From: Acidimicrobiia bacterium
GTDB lineage: Bacteria; Actinomycetota; Acidimicrobiia; Spongiisociales; ZC4RG35
Length of the DNA stretch: 64,000 bases
Assembly: GCA_035620735.1 (NCBI GenBank)
Contig: DASPGH010000031.1
Location: forward strand, 1,014-65,013
Reading direction: 5' to 3'
The first letter of the stretch is position 1; the number at the start of each line of letters is the position of its first letter. The position numbers and the translations under genes are program-made. Shown here piece after piece: positions 63,983 to 64,000 of the stretch. The notes below the pieces were generated by a model. It did not search any database. It was not told where the DNA came from and saw only the letters and a list, made by a program, of their open reading frames with translations.

Positions 63983-64000
63983 GAGCAGGCGACGGCTGAT

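Overview
High-GC, actinobacterial-type chromosomal replication-origin region, densely coded (about 80 genes). The core synteny is the classic one. On the minus strand: dnaA-dnaN-recF-DUF721(DciA-like)-gyrB-gyrA-DUF3566. On the plus strand: rpmH-rnpA-yidD-yidC-jag-rsmG-parA-parB. These are followed by a minus-strand block: cwlM-like, trxA, trxB, anti-sigma, ECF sigma (sigM-like) and a pseudokinase. Further blocks: a copper/cytochrome-oxidase maturation cluster (SCO1, PCuAC, cytochrome c, CtaG, Lgt); rpsF-ssb-rpsR-rplI-dnaB; dcd plus tRNA-Gly(CCC); a MerR-CopZ-CopA copper efflux operon; and housekeeping enzymes (cca, pepP, cis-prenyltransferase, pyrE, nfo, panB, thrB, lnt, acs). No CRISPR array, transposase, integrase or recognisable defence system was seen. 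The observations most worth a second look: (1) a conserved interspersed repeat with a ~45-50 nt core, sitting directly after the stop codons of gyrA, uppS and acs in the gene's orientation, plus a solo 5' module after hlyIII; (2) a candidate small RNA with a perfect TATAAT box in the thrB-downstream gap, next to a decayed variable segment (orphan nuclease-fold/wHTH gene, truncated hydrolase, TerC remnant); (3) a second ECF sigma gene paired with a membrane protein that carries a duplicated four-cysteine extracytoplasmic module; (4) a stand-alone MviN-type pseudokinase without a MurJ domain, with GNAT/HDAC/PilT-like genes where mycobacterial synteny has other genes; (5) an Lnt homolog whose catalytic Cys position reads Ser; (6) DnaA-box clusters on both sides of dnaA, and a terminator / -10 / parS / start-codon pile-up at rsmG. 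The many long antisense ORFs in the supplied track are high-GC artefacts. All functional calls rest on my own motif and family recognition, with no database search.
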